From Mobula hypostoma (taxonomy: Eukaryota): a DNA stretch of 64,000 bases. Location of the stretch: assembly GCF_963921235.1 (NCBI RefSeq), contig NC_086097.1:242298001-242362000 (forward strand), written 5' to 3'. The notes below the pieces were generated by a model, which did no database searches, was not told the origin of the DNA, and saw only the letters and a program-made list of their open reading frames with translations. The position numbers and the translations under genes are program-made. Below are positions 25,775 to 37,520 of the stretch, piece after piece. The stretch's first letter is position 1, and the number at the start of each line of letters is the position of its first letter.

Positions 25775-26261
25775 TATGCTGTCTTTGAATTTGGAGAAAA
25801 TTAGAAGTGCAGTTTATGACCCTTCCATTAAGTTTGAAAAAACTTGGAGGCCATTCATTCAGCATTTTCATTTAATGTAATATGTTCATTTCCAAACTTG
25901 TTTTATTTCTCTGTACTGCTGTTGGAGGGGAATGGAGTCGTCGGCACTAAGGTTTTCTTCTTTTTCATTTTTAAGTTTTTAGATTTGCCCAAGTCTTTTA
26001 GTTTAGTTGATTAATTTTGTTTTTCTTTTGGGATGGGATTTTTTTTTGTTTTTTTTTTCTCTTTCATGATTTTTTTTTAGTTTTTTTTTTGATTTGTATT
26101 ATCCGTTGTTAGTTTTACATGATTGGGAACTTTGTCAAATTTCAATATTGGACTTTATGATTACTGTTTGTAAGTGTAACAGTTTATCTTCTATTATTTG
26201 TATCATTGCTACGTTTTGTTTATATATTCTGAAATTAATAAAAAGATTGAAAAAGAAGGAA
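25775..26261 (+). mobile_element. L1-clade 3' end insertion
   Basis: Encodes LNLEKIRSAVYDPSIKFEKTWRPF, homologous to 1335-1400; T-rich UTR, AATAAA and A-rich tail; 8-bp TSD AGAATAAC at 25767-25774 and 26262-26269. Confidence 0.85.
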
Positions 26262-28727
26262 AGAATAACAACCATAGCAGAATCAATGAAAGACCACACC
26301 AATTTGGGTGCTCAACCAGCGTTCAAAAGACAGCAAACTGTGCAAACACAAAACGTAATAACTAATAGTAATAAATAACAATCATATCTTCCTGCCCCTC
26401 ATTGGTGCACTGGATGGCAACCTTGATGCTTCTTCAGCATCTGTCTTTCTTCTAACAAGGCCGAGTTGCCAGTTCAACACTCAACCCGGTATGGATGGAA
26501 AGCAGGCAAGGAGCTGGCCAGATTCGAACCCAGGACCACTTGCCTTGAAGTCCAGTGCTGATGCCACTGCCCACCAGCCAGCTAATAATGAATATCAAGA
26601 AGATGAGGCAAAGAGTCCTTGATAGTGAGTCCATAGGTTGTGGGGACATTCTAGTGACGGGGCAAGTGATGTCGAGTGGAGTTAACCCCTTTGCTTCAAG
26701 GTTGAGGGGTAATAACTGAACAGTATTTGAGGCACAAAAGTACCAGAATCAGAATCCAGTTTATTGTCACTGACAAGAGTCATGAAATGTGTTGTTTTGT
26801 GGCAGCAGTAAGTGCAATGTGTAAAAATTCACTCTTACAATGAGAAATAAATAAAGAAGTTAAATTAGTAGTGCAAGAAGAGAGTAATATGGTGAGATAG
26901 TCTTCATGTGTTCATGGACCATTCAGAGGGGAAAAAGCTGTTCCTAAACTGGTGAGTCTGCGTCTTCAGGCTCCTGTACCTCCTCCCTGATGGTAGTGGT
27001 GAGAAGAGAGCAAGTCCTGACTGGTGGGATGCTGTAATGATAGATGCTGCCTTCTTGAGAAATCCTCAGTGGTGGGGACCCTAGTGCCCATGACGGAGAT
27101 GGCTGAGTCTACAAACCTCTGTAGCTTTTTGCCATCCTGTGCATTGTCGATGACCAGCTCCAACACAAGAAACCAACCGCCTACCTTGATATTCAATGGC
27201 ATTCTTGTTCAATGTCCCATCAACAACACCCTGGCAACTCAACTGGGTGCTCTGGTTTCTTCCCATATTCCAAAGATATACAAGCTAGTAAGGGTTAGTA
27301 AGTCATGGGCATGCTATGTTGGTGCTGGAGACATGGTAACACCTGTGGGCTGCCCTCGGCACATCCTCGGACCGTGTTGGTCGTTGATGCAAACTACAAA
27401 TTTCACGGTATGTTCTGGCGTTTTGGTGTACATGCGACAAATAAAGCTAATCTTTATGCTTATACAATTAAGAGGGACATGACAGCCAATATGTTTTCCC
27501 CAGGTCAAAATATCTGATACTGGAGGCCGTGCATTTAAGTCGAGAAGGGGAAAATTCGAAGTAGGTGTGCGGGCAGGTGCTTTACCCAGAGAGTGGCGGG
27601 AGCCTGCTGTGTTGGAGGCACATATGGTTTTCATTTTTTTATTTAGGCCCTTCTGGCCCATTGAACTGTGCTGTCAGCAGCCACCGATTTAAGCCCAGTC
27701 TAACTTACAATGACTAATTAACCTACTAACTGGGATCTCTTAGGGATGTAGGGGGAAACCAAAATACCCCGAGGAAACCTACGCGGCCATGGGGACATAC
27801 AAACTCCTTCCGAAGAACGTCGGAGTTGGGCTGAAATGCCGTTGGACTAACCACTACGCTTCTCCGTTCAGTGAAACTTCTTCACTCAGAGGATCGTGAG
27901 AGTGTGGAATGGGTTCTCAGCGCAAGTGGTGCATACGAGCTCGATTTCGACGTGGAAGAGAAGTTTGGAAGGTACATGGATGGTCAAGGAATGGAGGGCT
28001 ATGGTCCAGGTCCAGGTCAATGGGGGTAGGCCGCTTAAATGGTTTAGCACAGACTAGATGGACTGAAGGGCCTGTTTCTGTGCTGTAATTTTCTATGACT
28101 CTATGGTGTTGCCGTCTTTTAAGAAGGTCTTAGAAAGGAAAATAAATATGCAGAGATTGGAGAGATGTGGACCATATGCAGGCAGAAAGGGTTGGCTGGC
28201 ATTAGCCTAATTATCTTGGCTCACCACTCAGGGCTGAAAGATTGTTAAAGACAAGAGATTCTGCAGATCACACACAAAATGCTGGAGGAACTCAGCAGGT
28301 GAGGCAGCACTTATGGAAAAGAGAACACTCGACGTTTTGGGCCGAAACCCTTCGGCAGGACGCTGGTTGAAGAAAGGCGGCTCACTGCTGCCCCCATCTG
28401 GACAATGACAGAAGGACAATAAAAGCTTTGCTGATAGTTCCCACATCCTGAAAAATACAAAACGGAAAACAACATTAACCACTTTGCTTCACCACAGATC
28501 ATCACAAGATGACTAGATTGAGAAAACTGTGACAAACAAGCAGGGACTTCAACTGAACTTGTTGCAAGGGGAAAATATAAACCATAGTGGATTGGGAGTA
28601 AACGGTGGGGTAGAGTTTTCACAACTGCGGGCTTCTAAATCATTTGAGGATATTTTTGAAGGTTCTTATAGAGGGGATCATGGAAACCACAGCAAGCCCC
28701 ATAGATGGCAATGAGAAAAATTATCAA

Positions 28728-28970
28728 ATGGTAGCATATTAGCTAGCACAACATTTTACAGTACCAGCAGCCCAAGTTCAATTCCCGTCACTGCCTGTAA
28801 GGATTTTGTACGTTCTCTCTGTGGCCCTATGAGTTTTCTCTGGGTGCTCTGGTTTCCACCCACAGTCCAAAGATGTACCGGTTGGTAGGCTAGGATTAAA
28901 TCGGGGGATTGCTGGGAGGCGTGGCTTGAAAGGCTGGGGGGGCTTATTTCGTACTATATCTCAATAAATA
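28728..28970 (+). mobile_element. tRNA-derived V-SINE-like element
   Basis: B-box-like GTTCAATTCCC and V-domain-like core GGGTGCTCTGGTTTCCACCCACAGTCCAAAGATGTAC; related decayed copies near 8890-9010 and 27680-27860 (minus). Confidence 0.65.
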
Positions 28971-29408
28971 ATCAATATTAAACATGTACTGAACAGGATG
29001 ATGGCATTGGCACTTCTTTGAATAATGGCGTGAGAGTTTAAATATTGAAGAACGAGGGTTGTTGGATTAGGTTTCAAATTCAGATTCATTTACTTATCAC
29101 GTGCACATTGACACATACTGTACAGTGAAACGTGTCATTTGCTTTAACAACCAGCACACCCAGGATGTTCTGGGGCAGCCCCTAGGTGGCGCCACACATT
29201 CCAAAATTGGAAGCAGAATCGGGTTTAATATCACTGGCATATGTCATGAAATTTGTTAACTTAATGGCAGCAGTAAGCTGCAATACCTCATAAAAAAGCT
29301 ACAAATTACAATAAGAAACATATATATATTTAAAATAAATTAAATCAGAATCAGGTTTAATATCACTGGCATATGTCGTGAAATTTGTTAACTTAGTGGC
29401 AGCAGTAC

Positions 29409-29752
29409 AGAAGCGATTCAAAGACGTCTTAAGAGCCAACATGAAGAAATGTAACATCGACATCAACAATTGGGAAACCAATGCCAAGGACAGGAAACTC
29501 TGGCAAACCATCATCCGAGAGGGAACAGCAACTTTCGAAGCCAACAGAGGTGCAGAATTAGAAGAAAAGAGAAGAAAATGGAAAGAGAGGCAGCAACAAC
29601 CAAAGCCCGATCTGCCATCTGGAACTACCTGTCCTGAATGCGGAAGAACTTCCAAAGCCAAGATTGGACTCATAAGCCACTTGAGAGCCCATAAGTAGAC
29701 CAACAGAACGAAGACCATCATCCTCGACCTCGAGGGATAGCCACCACGACGA
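29409..29752 (+). mobile_element. RTE-clade LINE 3' end with C-terminal C2H2-type finger
   Basis: KRFKDVLRANMKKCNIDINNWE..A.DR..W...CPECGRTSKAKIGLISHLRAHK*; short CCACCACGACGA tail; inserted in a Rex-type 3' end. Confidence 0.85.
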
Positions 29753-30957
29753 CAATACAATACATGATAATATAGAAAAATAAGTACATACATGCTCATT
29801 AAATAGTTAAATTGAAAGTGGCAGTACAAAAACAGAAATAATAAAAAAGTAGTGCAGAAAGAGAGCAAAAAAAAGAAACAGAAAATATATGTTGAGAAGT
29901 AATGTTCATGGGTTCGTAGTCCATTCTGAATTCTGATGGCAGAGGGGAAGAAGCTGTTCCTAAAATGTTGAGTGTGTGCCTTCAGGCTCCTGTACCTCCT
30001 CCCTGATGGTAGCAATGAGAAGAGGGCATGTCCTGGGTGATGGGAGTCCTTAATGATGGATGCTGCCTTCTGGATCAGAGGGCATTCCGGATGCTGCCTG
30101 GACCAGAGGGCATTCCGGATGGCATGGTAGTGCCAGCGTCCCAGGATCAATTCCTTCTGCTGTCTGGAGGGTGATTCTACGTTCTCCCCTGACTGAGGGG
30201 CTTTCCTCTGGGAATGTGGCATGTGGGAGGGAAGGTTTTTCTTGCAACACCACTCAAATGGTGACAAGGAGGCGTTCAGGGGTGATGCTTACTTACTGCC
30301 CGTTGCTCCACTGGCTCTTAGGGCAGCAATGAAGGTTCTCCATCTTCATTGTTGTTTCTGTAATGATCTTGTTTTACCAGGCGGGGTTGCTAGCCCTGAG
30401 CTGGACCATCGAATCTGGAGGACCAGTGAACCACTCTTAGTCTGGCTTCTACTCTTTGACCTGTTTGGATTCTACCAAGAATCAAAGCACAAGGCCCGGA
30501 CTCCAGCCAATGTAGCTCTCTGGGTCATTGAGGCACGCAGAGCTCCAAACCCTACGACAGGAGTGACGTGACACTAGTCAATCAGTGGGTCTATGTCACT
30601 CCTGTACATCTCTTCATCAACTTCTGAGGATCCCAATCAAGTGTGCACTTTGGTCCTTGCTGTCAAAATAAAAATCAAAGGGCTAGTAGGTTAATTGGTC
30701 ACGTGGTTGTAATTGGACAGTGCAGGCTCATTGGGCCAGAGGGGCCTGCTACTGTGCTGTATCGCTAAACAAAGATAAACATATAAACTATTGGTTTGGG
30801 AGGACCAAGCAACATATTTCCAAGTTTGCTGATGATACCAGATTAGGTGGGGTTCTGAGTAGGAAGGAAGATATAACGCTGAGTGAGTGGGGAAAAACGT
30901 GACGAATGGGATATTAGAGGAAAAATGTGAAATTATGCACTTAGCACAGTACTTTTT

Positions 30958-31180
30958 TGCTATGTCTTGTAACTCCAAAATATAAAACTAATTGAAAGAA
31001 AAACACGGGATCCAGAGATAACTCATGTACTTTTAGTTTTGCTTTAGTGAGGCGCGTACTTACGACATGGTGGCATTCACGTACTTTTACATATTAAACC
31101 ATAATGAATTCTGAAAACAACAATGAATGCTTAATCAAACAACATATTTACAATATTACTGAAATATTAAATACACAACA
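30958..31180. mobile_element. Putative short solo LTR or MITE inside a CR1 fragment
   Basis: TG...CA termini (TGCTATGT / ACACAACA, imperfect inverted match), TTTTT on both sides, interrupts CR1 RT sequence. Confidence 0.45.
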
Positions 31181-31883
31181 TTTTTGAATAGAGAGAGACT
31201 GGTACTGTTGATGTTAAAAGCTATCTAGGTGCCCTTGTATACAAGCCAGTGAAAGCCAACAGTCAGGTGCTGTAGGCTATTGGAAGGCTGGCCTTAATGA
31301 TGCTAAGATCTCATTTCAGGAGTATTGATGCGTTGATGTATTTATTAGAAGGCCTGGAGTATTTTAAATACAGGAATACTTGTGTTCACAACACTCCACA
31401 CCACTGAGCACATCTACATGAAGCATTGTCGTAGGAAAGCAGCATCCTTCATCGGGGACCCCCACCACCCAGGTCAGGTTCTCTTCTCACTGCTGCTGCC
31501 AGGAGGAAGATACAGAAGCCTCAGGTCTCACAGCACCAGGTTCAGGAACAGTTATTACCCCTCAACAATCAGGCTCTTGAACCAAAGGGGATAACTTCAC
31601 TTCACCATCACTGAAAAGTTCCCACAACCTATGGACTGACTTTCAAATACTCTTCGTCTCATGTTCTCAATGTTTATTGCTTATTTATTTATTTATTATT
31701 ATTTATTTCTTTTTGTATGTGCACAGTCTTTTGCACTCTGAACCCCCAAGTAGGTGTGGTCTTTCATTGGTTCTATTATGGTTATCATTCTATGGATTTA
31801 TTGAGTATGCCCACAAGAAAATGAATCTTTGGGTTGTATATGGTGACGTTTGTGTACTTTTGATAATAAATTTACTTTGAACT

Positions 31884-32685
31884 TCATCTGTGAGTCTGTT
31901 GGGGTCACCTACTGTATCTGGTATTCCCAATCCGGCATCCTCTACTTCAGTGAGACCCGACACAGATTGGGTCCACTTTGTCGAGCACCTTTGCTCCATC
32001 CGCAGCAAAAGCCAAGATTTCTTGGCGGGCTCCCTCTTCAATTTGACTTCCCATTTCCATTCCGAATGTGGTCCATTGCCTCCTCTACTGCAACTATGAG
32101 GCTACATTCAGGTTGGAGTACATACACGTCACCACAAGAAGAACCTCAGGGTTGTATGTGGTGACATATATGTACTCCGATAATAAATTTTACTTTGAGC
32201 TTTGATCTTTGGAGGAGCAATACCTCATATTCCATCTAGGTAGCCTCCAACCTGCTTGCATGAACATGGATTTCTCTAACCTGATAATTCCCCCCCTTTC
32301 CTTCTTTCTTTATACATTCCCCATTCTGGCTCCCCTCTTACCCCTTCTCCTCTCCTCATTTACCTATCACATCCCTCTGGTTCCCCTCCTCCTTCACTTT
32401 CTTCCGTGGTGCTCTGTCCTCTCTTATTATTTTCCCTTTTCTTCAGTCCCTTACCTCTCCCACTTATCCCCTCCTAGCTCTTTCCTTCACGCCCCTCCCC
32501 TATCTGCCCATGCTTTCCCTCACTTGGCTTCACCTATCACCAGTCAGCTCGTACTCCCCCTCTCCCCTCGCCTTCTTATTGTGGCTTCTTCCCCCTTCCT
32601 TTCCGGCTCTGATGACGACTCTCTGGCCAAAATGCTCCCGCAGATGCTGCCTGACCTGCTGAGTTCCACCAGCATTTTGCCTGCA
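31884..32685 (+). mobile_element. Old Penelope-like element fragment covering the GIY-YIG motif region
   Basis: FICESVGVTYCIWYSQSGILYFSETRHRLG (decayed GIY...YIG), EEQYLIFHLGSLQPACMNMDFS; decayed hammerhead at about 32608-32640; short foreign insert at about 32120-32208. Confidence 0.8.
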
Positions 32686-32951
32686 TTACTCTGGTGTATT
32701 CTATATGGTGTTGATCTTTTCACCTTAAAATGGACATTCTTGCTGTGACAGAGAGCACTCAGTAGACGCCGTCCTTACACACAAACATTGCCTTGTCATA
32801 ATACTGTGTGTGCACTCCAGTGCCTTTCCTAGTATATACTCATAACAGGTCCTAAATCGAGCTAATGTCCTCGGGTTGGCTTTATGGTGCCTTTTCCACC
32901 ACGCACGGTAGAATATTCCATTTCTTTAGTAATTGGGATGTGTAAATGTGT

Positions 32952-33373
32952 CCTCATCGTCATGGCCATCCCTCGAGGTCGAGGATGATGGTCTTTGTTC
33001 TGACCAAGTGGCCCACAGAGCGAAGCCGCCTGTGTGTGTATTTGTTTAATATGTACTTGATGTTGCACTCCAAGAAACACACGATACTTCACAAATCAAC
33101 CAACTGGTTCCAATGGCATGGAAACCACGACGGTTGGAGCTGATGGATTTGACGCAACCTTCATCCGCCTTCACAGCCGTTGAGTTTGAAGTAACTTCGT
33201 CCGCCTGTTCCACCGTTGAGGTCTTGGTTGGATTGTTCTTTGTCAGGGACCTCACCCTCGACCTTACCACCATGGGTGACCCACCAGGAGCATAGCTCCA
33301 GACGGCATCGCTCTCAGGATCACAGGACCACACAAGCTTCTCCACCAAGACAAGGTGACAATCCATGGAGAAG
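32952..33373 (-). mobile_element. Bipartite RTE-derived non-autonomous retroposon (422 bp)
   Basis: 5' part resembles RTE/Expander 5' UTR (GTCACCTTGTCTTGGTGGAGAAGCTTGTGTGGTCC); 3' ~50 nt matches the RTE tail at 29705-29750; TSD GTAAATG(T/A)GT at 32942-32951 and 33374-33383. Confidence 0.75.
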
Positions 33374-33519
33374 GTAAATGAGTATATGTTGTTTGTATAC
33401 TGTATTTAAGATAGAAACTTCTGTTTATTTTGTAATATGATTGTAACTACATTGTGGAATACATCATATTCTAATTCATGTGTAGACTTAGGTTAACTTT
33501 GTCAGTAATTAAAGATAGT

Positions 33520-33900
33520 ATGTGTTGGAGCATAGGCCATCTCCATCGTCCTCTGATCTGAGCCAGTTTTTCAAGGGTAGACTAGTCCCCATCGTCTAAT
33601 TTCAGCCTCAATGTCTCTCCTCCATGTGTTCTTTGGATATTCTTTTTCCCTCTTTCCTTGAGGATTCCTTTTTAACACCTGCCCGGTGGTGTTGTTGGCT
33701 TCCTCAAGGTGTGATCTATCCACCTCCATTTCCATTTTCATTTTTGTATCTCTATGAACTCTTGCTTGGTGTTGTCCCACGGTGTCTTGTTGGTTGCTTT
33801 GTCAGTCCATCTGATATTTAGGATCCTTCTCAGGCACTGGTTGATGAAAACCTACAGCTTTTGTAACGTCTTCTTTGTTGTTCTCCAGGTTTCAGAGCCA
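33520..33900 (-). mobile_element. RTE-clade LINE 3' fragment, old
   Basis: ORF 33571..33780: QVLKRNPQGKREKEYPKNTWRRDIEAE, the typical RTE C-terminal GKR.RGRP..TW motif decayed. Confidence 0.65.
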
Positions 33901-34414
33901 GTTAGAGGCACTGTTATGTCTTGGTGCCTAATTAATGGCACTAATCACCCTCAGTATGGGAGGAATCAAGAGTTTGCACTGGATCGGAATAAGTATGGAG
34001 CTATTATTGTGTTTACTGGTAGATACCATTTTGTAAATATTGTCAGCTTTCTTTTCGCCATTTTTGCAAATATTTGTAAGTTCGATTTTTGACACACTTA
34101 GCACTTGTACGAAGTGACTCCAGCCATTTTCCCTTTGGTCATAACCCATGTATGTAACTCTTGCCATACAGAGTGTGCAACAAAGAATCATTAGACTGAT
34201 TCCAGGTAAGTCAAGACAAGTCGAGTTTGTTGTGCATAAGTACGGTGAGGTACAGGTACAGGGAGACATTTATTCGCAGCAGAATTACAAACACATAAGA
34301 ACAGATGATATTCAGAACGTAAATTATACAAACATCTGATAGTCTTATGGTTGTAGGAAAATGGAGTCATAGTAAAGAACAGCACAGAAACAGGCCCTTC
34401 AGCCCATCTTTGAG

Positions 34415-37320
34415 CATAAGACCATCAGATATAGGAGCAGAATTGGGCCATTTGTCCCATCGAGTCTGCTCTGTCATTGCATCATGGCTGATCCAATTTC
34501 TCTGTCAGCCCCAATCTCCTGCCTTCTCCCCATATCCCTTCATGCCCTGACCAATCAAGAATACATAGATACTTGGCCTCCACAGCCACCTGTGACAACG
34601 AATTCCACAAATTCACTACTCTCTGGCTAAAGAAATCCCTCCACAAATCTGTTCTAAAGCCACACTCCTCTATTCTGAGGCTGTGTTCTCTGGTCTTAGA
34701 CTCTCCCACCATAGGAAACAGAACTCCACATTCAATCGATCAAGGCCTTTCAGCATTCAATGTTTGAATGTCACCCCTAATTCTGCTGAATTCCATTGAA
34801 GAGCCATCAAACGCTCTTTATATGACAAGCCGTTCAATCCTGGAATCATTTTCGTGAACCTCCTTTGAACCCTCTCCAGTTTCAGCACATCCTTTCTGAG
34901 ATAAGAGGTCCAAATCTGCTCACAATACTCCAGGGAGGCTTCACCAGTGCTTTATAAAGTCTCAACATTACATCCTTGTTTTTACTGTATATCCTAGTCC
35001 CCTTGAAATAAATGCTAACATCACATTTGCTTTCCTCACCGCAGACTCAACCTGCAAATTAACCTTTAGGGAATCCTGCACAAGGACTCCCAAATACTGC
35101 CAGTGTCTTCCACAGTGAAGACCGATGCGAAATACTTATTCAGTTCATCTGACATTTCCTTGTCCCCCGTTACTACCTCTCCAGCATCATTTTCAAGTGA
35201 TCGATATCCACTCTCGCCTCTCTTTTACACTTAATGTATCTGAAAAACTTCTGGTATTCTTTTTAATATTATTTGCATGCTTTCTTTCATAGTCTATCCT
35301 TAACTTCTTAATGACTTTTTAGTTGCCTTCTGTTGGTATTCAAAAGCTTCCTAATCCTCTAACTTCCCACTAATTTTTGCTTTATTATATGCCTTCTCTT
35401 TGGCATTTATGTGACTTCCCTTGTTACCCATGGTTGTGCCACCTTGCCTTTAGAATCATTCTTCCTCTTTGGGATGTGCCTTCCAAGTTGCTTCCAGAAA
35501 TTCCAGCCATTGCTGCTCTGCCGTCATCCCTGCCAGTGTTCTTTTCCAGTCAATTCTGGCCATCTCCTCTTTCATGCCACTGTAATTCCCTTTACTCCAC
35601 TGTAATACTGATACATCTGACTTTAGCTTCTCTTTCTCACATTTCAGGTAAATTCCATCATATTATGATCACCTTCCCCTGATGATTCTTTTACCTTAAG
35701 CTCTTTAAACAATTCCGGTTCATTGCACAACACCCAATCCAGAATAGCTGATCCCTTCGTGGGTTCAACCACAAGCTGCTCTAAAAATCCATCTCGTAGG
35801 CATTTGAGAAACTCCCCCTCTTGGATTCCTGCACCAACCTGAATTTCTCAATCTACCTGCGTATTGAAATCCCCCATGACTATTGTAATGTTGCCCTTTT
35901 GGCATGCATTTTCTATCTCCCGTTGTAACTTGTAGACCACATCCTTACTACTGTTTGGGGGTCTGTATATAACTCCCATCAGGGTCTTTTTACCCTTGCA
36001 GTTCCTTAGTTCTATCTACAATGATTCAACACCTTCCAACCTTATGTCACCTCTTTCTAATGATGTGATTTCATTTTTTGCCAACTGAGCAACACTGCCC
36101 ACTCTGCCTTCCTGCCTATTCTTTCGGTACAACGTGTATCCTGGGACATTAAGCTCCCAGCTATAATCTTCATGATTCAGTGATGCCTACATCATCGTAC
36201 TTGCCCATCTGTAACTGTTCTACAAGCTCACAGACCTTATTCCATATCCTGCATGCATTCAAATTTTATACCTTAAGTCCTGTATTCACCCTTTTCGATT
36301 TTGCCCGCCTCTTACGTCGCAGCTTATCCTGTGGACTGCAACTCTGCCTCATCATCAGCCTCTCCCGGCCAGGAGTCTCATCACACACTGTCTCTGCTTG
36401 TAAACCAGCTACCTCATCTTCAACACTATTGCTCTGGTTTCCATCCCCCTGCCAAATTAGTTTCAACCCATCCAAACAACTCTAGCCAAGTTGCCTGCAA
36501 GAATATTGGACCTCCTTGGGTTCAGGTGTAACCTGTCCCTTTTTTTTACAGATCATACCTTCCCCAAAAAAGATGCCAATGATCCATAAATCTGAACCCC
36601 TGTCCCCTGCGCCAGTTCCTCAGCCACGCATTCACTTGCCAAATCATCCTATTTTTGCCCTCACTGGCACGAGGCACAGGCAGAAATCCAGAGATGACTA
36701 ACCTGGAGGTCCGGTTTCTCAGCTTTCTACCGAGCTCCCCAAACTCTCTTCTCAGGACCTCCTCACCTTGTCTACCTACGTCATTGGTGCCCATATGCAC
36801 CAAGACTCCTAGCTGTTCACCCTCGTTCTTGAGAATGCCATGGACATGATCCGAGACATCCCTGGTCCTGGCACCAGGGAGGCAAAGTGCAATCCAGGTG
36901 TCTCTATTATGCCCACAGAAACTCACCTCTGTTCCTCTGGCTGTGGAATCTCTTATCAACACTACAGTCCTCTTCACCTCTCTGGTCTTCAAGCCAGGAC
37001 ACCATACTCAGTGCCAGAGACCTAGTCACTGTGGCTCCCCGGTAGGTCATCCCCATCAATAGTATCTAGAGTTACATCCTTATTATTGAGGAGAATGGCC
37101 ACAGGTGTACTCTGCACTGGCTGTGCATGTCCCCTCTTTCTCTTGACAATTATCCATTTACCTGTCTCCTGCAAGCGAGGGTTAATTACCTCTCTGTAGC
37201 TCCTGTCTATCACCTCCTAATTCTCCTGTGTGAACCAAATGTCATCGAGCTGCAGCTCCAGTTCCTTAATGCATTCTCTCATGAGCTGCAACTTGGTGCA
37301 GACTGGAGGTCTCCCAGAAT
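34415..37320 (-). mobile_element. CR1 LINE retaining ORF1 (SGNH esterase-like) and endonuclease, with RT core deleted
   Basis: ORF 36546..36992 (VVLIRDST.RG..CLPGAR..DV, VLVHMGTNDVG, FRFMDHW) is CR1 ORF1 esterase-like; APE motifs at about 35700-36250; junction at about 35095 joins pre-RT sequence to post-RT sequence. Confidence 0.85.
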
Positions 37321-37327
37321 TCCCACA

Positions 37328-37328
<1 letters not shown>

Positions 37329-37368
<40 letters not shown>
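37329..37368. repeat. (CA)20 microsatellite
   Basis: Direct reading. Confidence 0.98.
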
Positions 37369-37371
<3 letters not shown>

Positions 37372-37520
37372 CAAAACACTGCCTCCGGAGCCATTCTCAC
37401 TAAACTATGCACATCTTGTCCATGTTGAACTACTTAAACAGCCTACTCCCATCGACCTTCACTGAGACCATAGCCCTCTATATCCCTACCATCCATGGAC
37501 CTACCCAAACTTCTCTTAAA

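Noticed and set aside
32744..33451. Solo LTR (TGTGAC...ACTACA) around the RTE-derived insert
   Set aside because: TSD only 3/4 and inverted ends weak; not supportable without copy-number data
37407..37520. 852-aa ORF as a host or domesticated gene
   Set aside because: The first 38 codons are chance read-through from an antisense CR1 3' end; the LINE begins after the TAAA TSD
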